A stretch of 63,543 nucleotides of DNA, filler included, from Welwitschia mirabilis (lineage: Eukaryota): NCBI GenBank assembly GCA_051453625.1. It is 6 parts of one record of this genome, joined end to end, with 100 filler letters (N's around TTAATTAATTAA, not from the genome) between each part and the next. Parts side by side here need not be neighbours in the genome. Positions count along the whole stretch, not along the records: positions 30,120 to 43,492 come from JBOZIK010000001.1; positions 43,593 to 57,149 come from JBOZIK010000001.1; 4 more parts are not named here. One strand, written 5' to 3'. The notes under the pieces are model-generated. The model was given only the letters and a program-made list of their open reading frames with translations, was not told the DNA's origin and did no database searches. The translations under genes were made by a program, and so were the position numbers. How positions within the stretch are numbered: the stretch's first letter is position 1; every line of letters starts with the position of its first letter. Below, one piece after another: positions 41,001-52,479 of the stretch.

Positions 41001-43536
41001 CAATAATGAAAACATTTCACATGTCTAAACACACTAAAAAACAAAGGTGAAGCCATAAGATTAAGACAAAAAAGAACACCCTTAAATAATCTAATACCTT
41101 TTCACCATTGAGAAAAACATAAAAAAAAGAATATTCCTTCAAACTAAAGTTCATATATGTGTGAATGTCTTAAGATTAACTGAATCCAATCTTACTACTA
41201 AAGTGCCCAAGTCAAAAGATTAGTCATGGAAAATACATAAATCATATTTGAAAAATGCTTAAGTAATGCCATAATGACCTATATAGGAAAAAGATAAGAG
41301 AAAATTTAGATAGTTTGCTTATGTAATTCCAAACTTTATCCATTATCTTCATAAAATGCTTAAGCAATTAAGTTAAAAGTTTCAACAGATTCATTAAAAT
41401 GTACTTTCTTCAAAATAATAAAAAACTAAATCATTTATTAACTAATTATCGTCTTGTTCCTCATCTAGATTAAAAAGAGAAAGACAGAGATAGAAAATAT
41501 AAATAGAAAGTGAAAATTTAACAAGAAACTAAGAGAAAAAATAGAAAATAGAGACTGCCATCCTAACTGTCATGGGGATGACATAAGGAACAACACACAT
41601 AAAAAATTAAAATAGAAAGCTAAAAGCAAAATCAGAGATCAAAATTATAAAAATCAGAAAGAAAACACCAAAAACAGCAAATTTTTATTCAAATCCTAAA
41701 ATTTAACTCATACTTTTATTGAAAAGGAAAGAAGAAATAAGGATCTGATTAGGTGGTCTCAAGATGTTACTTTCATTTAGAGAAATAAGGTTTAAACCAA
41801 AAATTCACTAATGGCTAGAACATAAAAGGTATATAATTATTTTAAATAAAATCAATTGGAAAAGGAGAAAGCTAAAATTTAAAACTCTATATGACCTCAT
41901 GAAATTATAAATTTTGGAATTTAAAGGATATTTTATTGTTGACTCTTGTAAAATATTTTCATTGATTATAAGAGTTTTATTTTAATCATCATAAGCAAAA
42001 TTATTTTTTAGTCTACTAGAAAAATTTTAAAGATTCAAATTTAAATTATGATCTTTAATTTTTGATTTAAGTAGTATAAAATCTCCGTTAAGATGGAAAT
42101 TTAAGAATTAGACTTCTTTGCAATCTAAAGGTTTCACTTCTTCTTTAAAGTTAGATGTATTATTAGTTTCTTTATTCTTTATCTTAAGTGAGTCATCACA
42201 AAGCATAGGCTCATGTAATTTCATCTCTGTTTCTTAAAATGAATGATCTTAAGTGAAGAAAGTTGATTTAATATTATCTTTAATGTCCATTTCATCATTA
42301 CTTAGATCTTTTTCAGTTGCATCAAAGACTCTAATTGTAAATATTCAATTTTGAAAATAACATTTCATTAGTCCATCTTTTGTGTCGATGATGTAGTGGG
42401 CTATTGCACAAAAGGCTCATCCTAGAAGTAATGGATATCCTCTATTATGTTTAACTTCTATGATAATCACATCTATTTTGTAGTAAGCCTCTTTAATTTG
42501 GATTACCAAATCTTTAATAACAACTAAAGGTTTCTTAATTGAAGTATCTACTAATTTAGTAGACAACCAAAGTAGGCTCTATTCTATCCCTAAAACCAAG
42601 TTTTTTGCAAATGTGAAGTGGCATTATGTTAACACTTACTCCAATATTAATTAAGACTTTCTTAATCTTTTTGTTTCCTTCTAACATAACATTCATCATT
42701 ATTGCTCTAGGATCTTTAAATTTGGATGATTTTTGTAACACTAAATTTGTAAGGGATTGTGCTAGAAAGATTTTGCTAAGGATGACTCATTTTTATTTTC
42801 TTCTTGTTAAGTCTTTCCATAGTTTAAGTACCCTAGATTTTGTTGTAAAACTTTTCAAAAGGATAAATTTATACTTAAATTTTTCATTAATGCTTTTATA
42901 TATTCATTAAAATTTGAAAATCCTATTAAGCCAAGGGGTAGTTAGTTGTTATTAAGAAAATATTTTTTTTACCATTTTTTTGTTTTTACTAAGAGAAGAA
43001 AAGTTATAATCTTCTAATATTTGAATGTATTCCTCTTCTTTTTTACCATCTTTAAAGTTATTTTGGGAGGTGGAAGGTGTTGGATTATGTTTTTCTAATT
43101 AATGTTAAAATAATATTTTCNNNNNNNNNNNNNNNNNNNNNNNNNNNNNNNNNNNNNNNNNNNNNNNNNNNNNNNNNNNNNNNNNNNNNNNNNNNNNNNN
43201 NNNNNNNNNNNNNNNNNNNNAAATAATATTTTCTGTATAGAAACTTTTGTGTATCTTGTGCATAAGATGTTAAATTACTTGCAGGTCGAAACATGGAATT
43301 GAGCTCATTAACTTCTGAGTATTAGAAACCTATTAGTTCATTTATTCTCAAGAAGGGGTAGACCTGATTTCCATAGGGTCAACTACACCTGAAACAGATA
43401 GAAAATGAACTACATCAAGAGGGGTCGATCATATTTTTAGTAGGGTTAATTAGGCTTGTAACCCGTGTCCCTGAACCAAATGGAAAAGGGTCNNNNNNNN
43501 NNNNNNNNNNNNNNNNNNNNNNNNNNNNNNNNNNNN

Positions 43537-43548
43537 TTAATTAATTAA
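43537..43548. other. Artificial assembly spacer TTAATTAATTAA
   Basis: Same N44-12mer-N44 construct. Confidence 0.95.
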
Positions 43549-43898
43549 NNNNNNNNNNNNNNNNNNNNNNNNNNNNNNNNNNNNNNNNNNNNTTATTATA
43601 AATAGTTAAAACATAGATGACCAAAGAAGATTTTGGAACTATTTCCATTTGGCCAAATCTATTGGATCTGAAGAATCAAGCATTGTATTTAGTTGATTTT
43701 CAGTATTGTATCTTAGCATCTATATTTATAACCAAAGAAGATATACTATTGTCATCCTCTTTATATTTAAGATCGGATCAAAATATTCATTTATTTTACT
43801 TCTATAGTAGAATAACTCCATTACATCAAATTTACTGAATCAAGAATAATTGATATTCATGCTCTAAAGGCATCATTATATTACTATCTTGCTTTGTA

Positions 43899-44078
43899 AA
43901 AGGTTGATACTAAGCCTTGAAAAGTTTATNNNNNNNNNNNNNNNNNNNNNNNNNNNAGTCCATTCTAGAGGTTAAGACTAAGTCTTAAAAAGTCTACTTT
44001 AAAGGTTAAGACTAATCCTTGCAAAGTCCATTTTAAAAGTTGAGACTAAGCTTAGAAAATTCCATGTGTAAAGGTTAC
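43899..44078 (+). repeat. ~33-bp tandem repeat array inside the SIRE LTR
   Basis: Units like aaaggttaagactaagtcttaaaaagtctacttt; at least 4 visible units plus a short gap. Confidence 0.75.
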
Positions 44079-46330
44079 ATATGAACCTAGAATACCTGGT
44101 GAAGTAATGAAGATTTAAGATCTAGCTTGGGAATAAGCTGATCATTAAGAGTGGAGTAGGGAGTTTTCTAAACTGTTATAAATCTGGATTGCATTAAATT
44201 AGTACTTTTATTCTTTCAGTTTTTATTTCTTTACTTTCATTATTTTCTCATACTGTGTACATTATAGATTTGTTTATTTTTGTATGTAAGGATTTTTTTT
44301 AGATTGAATTCATTTAGAATATTATATTCGAATTTTTAAAGAACCTATTCACCCCCCCTTCAAGGATTCTTGACCTACTAGAAACTTCATATGGAAGAGA
44401 GTTTATTTATTATCCACTTCTTGTATAGCCCTATAGTCTCTTCTTATTGCATTAGGGTTTGTTAAAGTTATGTAACTAATGTTCCTTAAGGTATTTAGTT
44501 TTCTAGCATTGTTTGTTATAGGATAATTATCAAGTTATCAAGTTTGGAATTTGTTATTTCATGTTTTTTCTCATTTCATCCAAAAAGTTTGTGAGTTGAT
44601 CATTTGAATGTTGAAAGTTTGATGAACTTGGTTGAAAATTTGAGTTTTCAAATCGGTTTCTAAAAGGTTGAGAGTTATTTTAAAAATGAGTATTCAATAT
44701 TTATTGTACCTGATTTTAGTTTTAGAAGTTTTGAAATGTTTGATTGAAAGCACAAACTTCTTCACATATTCTTTCTTTGTATCTTGGTAAAAAAGGATAG
44801 TTTTTGGTAATATGATAATTATCCTCACATAAATTACAAATTAGCATAAAATTTCTCTTGGTTGTGGATTTGGCATCTAGAATTATTTCTGCATACTTTA
44901 CCAAGATTATTGTAAAGTCTATCATAACATTTTTAGGATCTTTTTCTACCTCTTTTTGTTTTACTTCATTTAGATTTTTGATAATTTGGCTTACAGTGTG
45001 GTTTTCTTTTGATGTTGGCCAAGTTTGACTAACCTTCACAAGTTATTCTAATTTTTCCTAGGCATTTTCTAACATAAGATTAATAAAGTTTCCATCATAA
45101 GAGAAATCTACAAGTTACCTTGTGTGAGAATTGAATCCACTATAAAAGTAGCTTACTAGTTCTTCTCATGAAAAAGCATTTACTGGATTAGAATGGGTTG
45201 CTATAAAGAAACTTTCATATGTGAAGGCATAATTTTCACTTTATTTTTTAAAGTTCATCACGTTCTTTTTCCTTTTTCTTACAGTTTTTTCACTCATGAA
45301 TATTTCGATAAAGTTTTCTTGAACTTGTTCCTAAGTTTTCAATCTTTTGTGAAACATGGTTTTTAGCCAATTTTTAGATCTACCTTTTAAGGTCATGAAA
45401 AAGATTATCATGTATGTTCTATTACTCATTTTTTTCTTACCATTTTTTGAGGTGAGGACTAATTTTTTAATATTTAAAATATGTTGAAGGGGAATCTCAT
45501 CATCTTCTCCACTAAAATTTGGGTAGGCATTCAAGTTTTTAAGCTTAACATCATATCTGAGAGTAAATCAAAATGGATTTGAATATCTTGTTTCTTATTC
45601 ACTAATAACTCCCTGAGGGTAAGATTTGCATTTGAATTAGGGATTAGAAAACCCTACAATTGTTTTTTCTTATGAGTGGCACTTGACATTGTAGATTAGT
45701 TTTCTTCTTCTACAGGGTTTATTTAAAGAAATCTGATTCAAAAACAAATAAATTTAGAAGGAGGATTTTTTGCACTTAAAGACTGCTTTTCCAATTTATT
45801 CTTGATGTTCACCAGTCCTTCTCTAATGTATTTTTCTATCAATAGCCTTTCTTTTTAATATTTCTTCTCTAGATTAATCATATCACAGCATCCTATAAAC
45901 AAAACATAAGAGAAAATAGATTAAAAAATAACACTCTCATCCTATCTATCGTGGGAATGACAGAAGGGATAACTAATAGAGAAAGTAGAAAAATAAAAAT
46001 AGAGCAAAAAGCTAAAAGCTCAAATAAATGATATCTATCATCCACCTTGTCATCTAATGACAAAGGAAACAACAAAGACTAATTTATTTACTAAAATTCA
46101 AATACAAAAAACTAAAAACAAAAATTAAAATTATAGATTGTTATCCTATCTATCGCGGGGAGGATAGAGGGAACAACTACTATTTTACTACCAAAAAAAA
46201 AAAACTAAAAAACTACAAATAGAAAAAATAGAGTTCCTAAATAAAATACAACATCACTATGAATAAATAACCAAATGGAAATCTGACATACTCACTCAAA
46301 TGATAACAATCCTCATACTTCTTAGTAGTA

Positions 46331-46349
46331 TTCCCTAGCAATGGCATCA
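46331..46349 (-). promoter_or_regulatory. Degenerate Athila-type PBS (tRNA-Asp type)
   Basis: ttccctagcaatggcatca versus the reverse complement of consensus TGGCGCCGTTGCCGGGGA; differences are mostly at CpG/CHG positions. Confidence 0.75.
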
Positions 46350-46859
46350 ATTTTTTATGGTGTGTATTTGTGTAAGCATTTATATTTAAAAGGATTCTGT
46401 CATTCATAAAATAAAATAGACTTCTCATAATACGACATACTAGTATGAGTGGGAGTTAACTTGAATGTTGTATTTTAATTGAAGACTATGAGATGAGACT
46501 TAGATTGCTTTTCTGTCCTTAAAGCAATCACCACACCAATTTTTTATCTCATAATAATTCTAAATAATAGAAGCCAAAATGGCATGTTAATTCGTTACTT
46601 TGGTTTATTTCTATCTTTCTATACTCTCTATGTTGAGATGGTTTATTTAAAACTTATTTGTACTAAGATATTTTTTTAATTTTCTTTTATGTGGTTTTAC
46701 TTATAATCCTTTATAAGTAATTGGTGGTCATATTGGTCAGTTTTTTAGAAATGATAACTTTGGATTATTACTTAATGCAATGCATATTCCCCCTAATAAT
46801 CTATCATGATGCTCATTTACATTCTGCTACAAGTTGAAAATATTCAATAAAATAAGAGA

Positions 46860-47184
46860 GACTTCTTAAGAGCCTTATAAGGTATTTTTTAGTAAAATGC
46901 TTTTATAGATGTTTTAAGGCATTTTTTAATTAAAACACCTGTAAAGACTTATTAAGGCATTTATTACATAAAATGCCTTAAAATAACTTTTAAAGTATTT
47001 ATTTATAAAATTCCATAAGAAATGCCTTAAAAAGTCTTTTAAGGCATTTTTATTAAAACACCTTAGAAATGCCTTCAAGGCCTATTAAGGCAAAGCTTTT
47101 TAAGGCATTTTTTTAAGGCCTTTTAAGGCATTTTTTTAAGGACTTTTAAGGCAAACACTTTAAAAACCTATATTTCTTGTACTG
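46860..47184 (+). mobile_element. CACTA (En/Spm) transposon right end: subterminal repeats + TIR
   Basis: Many direct and inverted ttaaggca/tgccttaa units ending in tttcttgtactg (47173-47184), one mismatch from TTTCTTGTAGTG (CACTACAAGAAA TIR). Confidence 0.75.
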
Positions 47185-49100
47185 ATTCTTATAGGTTTTA
47201 TAAATGAGCAAGTTTACACTAGCTTTTAAGTTCAACAAAGCTCAGTTGGGTGTTTTATTGCTTAAGGTAATGGTAATTATGGAACACCTAGGGTCTTTGT
47301 ACTTAGAAAGTGACTTTAGAGAACTAAACTTATTTGTTGAGTAAAAAATCTTTAGATTTGATGTTCACTTACCTGTTTACAATGCATAAGTATTTAGGAA
47401 ATTTAGCATATTAGGGGATCTATTTAATGGATTTTAGAAGGTAAATATTTATCTTAACTTCTTTGAAAATTTCTAGGACCTCTAATTACTTTTTCATTAT
47501 GTTGTCTTCCTCAGGTGTTGGAAAAAAGTAATGATTTTTCATAAATATGCAAAGGGTTTTCACTCTTATCCTTTTCCTTATTTTTTATGAGGTTTTGTTT
47601 ATCCTTAGGATTATTTTGTGTGAGTGAATTTTCTAGTTATTTCTTATTTCTAAGGTGTATNNNNNNNNNNNNNNNNNNNNNNNNNNNNNNNNNNNNNNNN
47701 NNNNNNNNNNNNNNNNNNNNNNNNNNNNNNNNNNNNNNNNNNNNNNNNNNNNNNNNNNNNGTGTATAGAATTGATTTCTACTAGATGTTCTATCTCTTTT
47801 GTGAATCTGACTTCTTTTAGATTTGGTTGGGCACTTATGGGAAGTTTTATTTATTTCTCTTTGGTTTACTAATGAAAGAATATGGTTGATGGTTTGTTGG
47901 AGTTGATTTATGCTCTGTCTAAGCCTTTGAATTATTTGTTCTAATCTCTAAATTTTTTTAATTCTTATCTTTGATTTATTTGCATTTGTATTTCCATGAA
48001 AATTTTAAGGGGATTCTCCAACAAGTTAGACAAAGTGATTTGATGGTTTAAATATGAAGGGTAAGAATTAGAAGATGAGGGGATTGAATTCTTAGTCTGA
48101 AAATTTTATTATAAGGTCATGTGTTTAAGAGTAATTTGGATGAGTTTGCAAACTAAAATCATAAGTGTTTAAGTAACGGTTGTTTTTGGGATTTTGCCAT
48201 TTTCCTAACATGTTCACCTATTTGTTAACTATGCTTTGGAATAAAGGGATAGATAGGCATTCAATAGTTTCATGAGTATCCATATGATAGATTAAATACT
48301 AAATTTTAATTCCCATAGGTAAGGTTTAGGGAAGGTGATTAATGATTCTAACTTTCTTGCTATTCATCAATTTTGTTGTTCATCTCAAAGTTTTCTAGGA
48401 TCTCTAAGATACTAATTGACCTAACTAGATAATGCAATTTTAAAGGTTCTATAGGATTCTTCTAATTTTTCAAGCTTTCAACTACATCTTCTAAATACTC
48501 CCAAACCTCATTAAGGGGCATTCTTAGGAAATTTCCATGGCTCATGATTTCCATTATTTGGGGGTTATTTGTGAATATCCCATTATAAAAAAAAACTTAC
48601 CTTCCTACTTGATTCAAAACCATGTTAGGGTCATTTTAATAATAAATCTTTGTATCTCTCTAAGGTTTGGGATAAGTTTTTTGATCCTTCTATTAAAAGT
48701 TCATGATTTCTTTCCTAAGGACATTTGCTTATGCTTAGGAAAGAACTTAAAAATAAAGGATTTCTCAAGTACACCAAATTTATAATGGAAAAAAGAAAAT
48801 AAAGTAAGTCTAAGTGCATTATAAGTGTTAGGATATTGAGGGACGATTGATAAGACACACTCAAATTCTATAAGGTATAGGTTAAGAATCTTCAAATTCA
48901 AGGCCATGGAAATGGAACAAGAGTTGAATAGTGGAAGGTTTAATTCTAGTCTTTAATTAATAAATAATGGAACTATGTAAGAGGGTATTTCTAGGATTTA
49001 TGATTAGAGGTAATCACAAAGGATTTACCTAGGTCTATTAGCAGTAGTGATAAGGGCAGCTTGCCATTTGGCCATTTCTTGGGTAAAGTAATATGCTTAT
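47185..49100 (-). pseudogene. Athila (autonomous-type) gag and protease start
   Basis: Minus strand: PSTIQLL..FHGLE..LYLIEFECV..ALRLTLFSF (ORF 48701-48907); FKFFPKHK..LRKEIMNF; EVWEYLE; YAKFPKYLCIV; KYKDPRCSII; LLNLKASVNLL just before the CACTA junction. Confidence 0.85.
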
Positions 49101-50123
49101 AACCTATTGAGCATTCTTAGTTTGATAAGGTTTCATCAAAGAAATCAAATGAGCCATTTAAATTATGTTGTGGTAAGGAATTTTAATTATTTTGGTTATT
49201 TCATATGATTAAGGATTGTTCTTGAGAGTTATCTCGAGATCAGTTTTGGATTCTAATTTCTTTCATCCTTTCATGATTAGTAAAGGAGTCCATCTTGTTG
49301 TGGGTTAATATTCATGTTGTATCATGAGTTCAAATAATATAAGAAATAGGTTCAAATGGTTGCAAGAATATTTTAGATAATAAACAAAGGAAATTTTCTT
49401 AAGATCTATAAGTTAAGAAGGTCTTAGAGGTTGTAAGGAAGATTTTTTCAAGAGAATAGAGTGCTCTATGCTAGAAAGCCAATGACATTAATGAGGTTAT
49501 ATAGAAGACATTCAGTTTTTACATAGTGTTTCATTGAGTACACATCAAATGAAAGCAGTATCAGGATCGTAGAAAAATAAAATAAATATGATGAACATGA
49601 ATAAATTTTAAGCACAACATAATGAAAATAAAATTTTTAAGAAGTTTTAATGTTTTACACATGTAGCAAAAAGCAAGAAGAGAAAAATGTAAAAATGCAA
49701 AAAATGCATCTAAAAAGAAAAGAATGCAATGTAATTATAAAGTTTGATTTTTTTAAAAGGTTTTTAAAGTTTTCTTAATTCCAAAGCAATCTGCAACAAA
49801 TGTTAAAACTACAGAAAATACATTAGAAAATTAAAAACAGACTTTAAAAAGCTACACTAGTTCAGGATAACACTGGAAGGACTAGTACTAAGCATTGAAA
49901 AGCACATAAAAGAAAGGAAATATGGACTAGTTTGGAATAACATTAGAAAGGACCAATACCAACCACTAAAGAAAAAAAAGAAAAGAAACACAAAGCAAAA
50001 TTGAGAGGACTATATTAGGTATCACTTAAGGAAGAATTAGTATCTACCACTAGAGAAATAAAAACTATGTATAAACTTGCAAAGAGAAAAACTAATACTC
50101 TTTTGAGCTGTTATATGTCATTA

Positions 50124-51587
50124 TCCTCACCAAAGATGCTAAAATATAATTAATGTAGTAAAATGTTCTAGATTTAAGCTGAGTCTTAACTTAGCTATCA
50201 TTATTACTTAGGGATAACATTGGGTATTAGCTCAGTTTTATACTACTTTAGAATTAAAACAAGTTACAAAAAGGAAAGAATAGAGAAGAAGAGTTGAAGT
50301 TATTTTAAGCTTGAATTTCATCTTAGAAAGAATGGAATTAAACTAGATCTAAGGTGTTACTAATTTATCCTTAAGTACTTCTTCAAACCAATGTTATGCT
50401 ATCATCCCTTTCTACAAAACAATTCAAACTATTAAGTACATTTATCTTAAGTCATGAGGCATAATCTTATCCTCCATATGATAATTAATAAAATAACTTA
50501 ACACATTAATCTTGAAATAATAATATAAATTAAGGACTCCTAAAGTACTCAACATCTATAAAATTAAAATCCTATGTGATAAAAGTGATTCACACAAATA
50601 AAACTAACCTGATAATTAAAGTAGTCATTTAAGCATTCCACTGATAGTATTACTCATGAATCAAAATAAAAGAAAATAACTTCTATATTGTAAAATAATG
50701 AACAATTTTATAGTAATGAAAGAAGAAAGAATAAAAACTCCTCAAAAAATCCTAAATAACTAGCTCATTCCCCTAAAGATTTATCTAGAAAGCCATCACA
50801 AGTTGATGTTCTAAAGTGCTTAAATTTCTTAAAGCAAAGATGAATACTATAAAGGGTTTAATGCCCTTTTATAGGGATAGATGGGGTGAAGGGTAGTTAT
50901 AAGCTCTTATCTTATAGTGTTAGGTAGAATCTTCATCATTTAGTATTGGGTAAATAAAATTATAACTTGTATTATTCGGTGGAGGTTATATTATAGTGTT
51001 ATGTAGATAAGACTTCATCTTATAGCATTAGATAGAATCTATGTCATTTAGTATTTGGTGAATGTTATCTTATAGCATTTGGTGGAGATTATCATATAGT
51101 ATTAGGTGGAATCTTCATTATAATAAGCCCAACATGTGGCCTTTAAAGCTAGATTCCTCTACTAACTGGTGTTATTACACATGTCTCTAATTCCACCTCT
51201 ACATGCCTCTGTCACATGTCTTCAAATGAGTCTACTATGTGTTACCACATTATATCTCCATTGGCATCATTATTTTGTGCAGGAATATATCCATATTTTA
51301 AAATGTGTGTGCCTATGTCACATGTCTTCAAATTCTTCTACTATATGTCATCACCTCATATCTCCATCACCATCATTGTTTTATGCAGGATTATATTCAT
51401 CTTCTGCCATGTGTTCCAAAATGTAGCTAAATATCTGCAATTATTATAGAGAAAATCATAATATTAATTTTTATTTTAAAAATAATAAAAGACATATTTT
51501 ATGATTAAAATAATTAAATTAATATCTTCATTTACAATAAATTGGCTTAAAACATTTGATATAAAGGTTGATTTTTATATGTTAACA
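50124..51587 (-). mobile_element. Degenerate PBS and probable 5' LTR of the Athila element
   Basis: tcctcaccaaagatgcta (50124-50141) resembles the reverse-complement Asp PBS; the following ~1.4 kb ends ..tgttaaca at 51587. No partner LTR identified. Confidence 0.5.
50905..51125. repeat. Degenerate short tandem repeats within the putative LTR
   Basis: Recurrent units like tcttatagtgttaggtagaatc / tcttatagcattagatagaatc / tcatatagtattaggtggaatc. Confidence 0.65.
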
Positions 51588-51945
51588 TTCGCTTATTTAA
51601 TATGCTATTTTTAATGATTTTATTATGATAAGAAGTAGTCCTACTAATCTATTAGTATATACTCTACTACTTATCATTTCATGCATTCATCTTTCATTAA
51701 CTGAGCTTATTCATTAATTTTTTGAGAAAATGTCATGATTATAATTTAATTTTTTACTAGCCTTTTTCACATCAATGTTTTATCCAAAAGATCACAATTA
51801 TAATGAAAGGTTTGACTATCCTTTCCACATCCTCATCTTGGATTAAGTATTTTAAACCATAGAATTTTCAATAAAATATGACATATTTTTTACTATGTCT
51901 AATTAAAATAATATCCAAGAATTTTCACACATCCTATTTCATTCT

Positions 51946-52205
51946 TGTTATATTCTATATTTTGTAAAGCTTATTTACTTGAATAATAATAATTTAAAGA
52001 TTTTAGTTAAATAAATAGTTATTCTTAATTAAGTTCTTTATTGAATAAGATATCATTTTAAATTAACCTTAGTTTTTAATTTTTATAATTTAACATGAAA
52101 ATAATAAAAATTATATTAAAAGGTTTTTATAATAAAATCTATCGAAGCATCTAAAATTAGATAATCCCATAACTAAGATATAATAAGTTGAAATTCATAT
52201 GAAGA
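51946..52205 (+). mobile_element. Tekay-like LTR 5' fragment
   Basis: Starts TGTTATATTC; reverse-complement homolog of ~30340-30593 and ~19520-19768. Confidence 0.7.
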
Positions 52206-52479
52206 AGGATTAGAGCTCTGCCAAGGGTTTTGCAAATCTGGTATTTTTGATAGTGTCTTCGATGGCAGTGACAATTTGTGGTGGTAGCTTTTCAAGTGCA
52301 TCTTCCATACACTACTCGTTTCCTCTAGCTGAGAAAATTGATAGTAATTGCAACTAATTTTTGATACTTTAATGAGGTGGTTGTAGATTCTTTGCATGTT
52401 TTCTAACATGTCCTTGGCTCCTTGGTAGTGTCAATGTTGTAAAAATGCAAAAGGCCATAATAGTAATGCTTAGGCCTCA

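Larger units (their letters stand above)
43078..44380 (+). mobile_element. SIRE-like solo LTR
   Basis: TGTTGG start; homologous to 9873-11092; intact attcaccccccc motif at ~44347; Athila gag-pol on both sides; flanks gaagg/gaaac are a possible decayed 5-bp TSD. Contains an assembly spacer. Confidence 0.8.
41990..45600 (-). pseudogene. Athila-type gag and protease remnant (copy B), interrupted by a solo LTR
   Basis: YPNFSGEDDEIPLQHI..FFMTLKGRSKNWL (gag); CNLCEDNYHITKNYP (knuckle-like); KFKDPRAI..VLINIGVSVNIMP and GYPLLLG*AFCA (protease). Confidence 0.8.
38246..46512 (-). mobile_element. Athila-related non-autonomous LTR element, copy B (gag + protease only)
   Basis: 3' LTR 38246-39768; PPT taagccctcacttagccttt (39769-39788); protease ORF 42556-42741; gag ORFs 44722-45039 and 45331-45534; PBS 46331-46349; partial 5' LTR 46353-46512 matching 38246-38405. 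Confidence 0.85.

Noticed and set aside
43899..51125. Repeat arrays (43899-44078, 46860-47160, 50905-51125) as possible CRISPR
   Set aside because: No constant repeat with unique spacers, no cas genes, and a plant transposon context.
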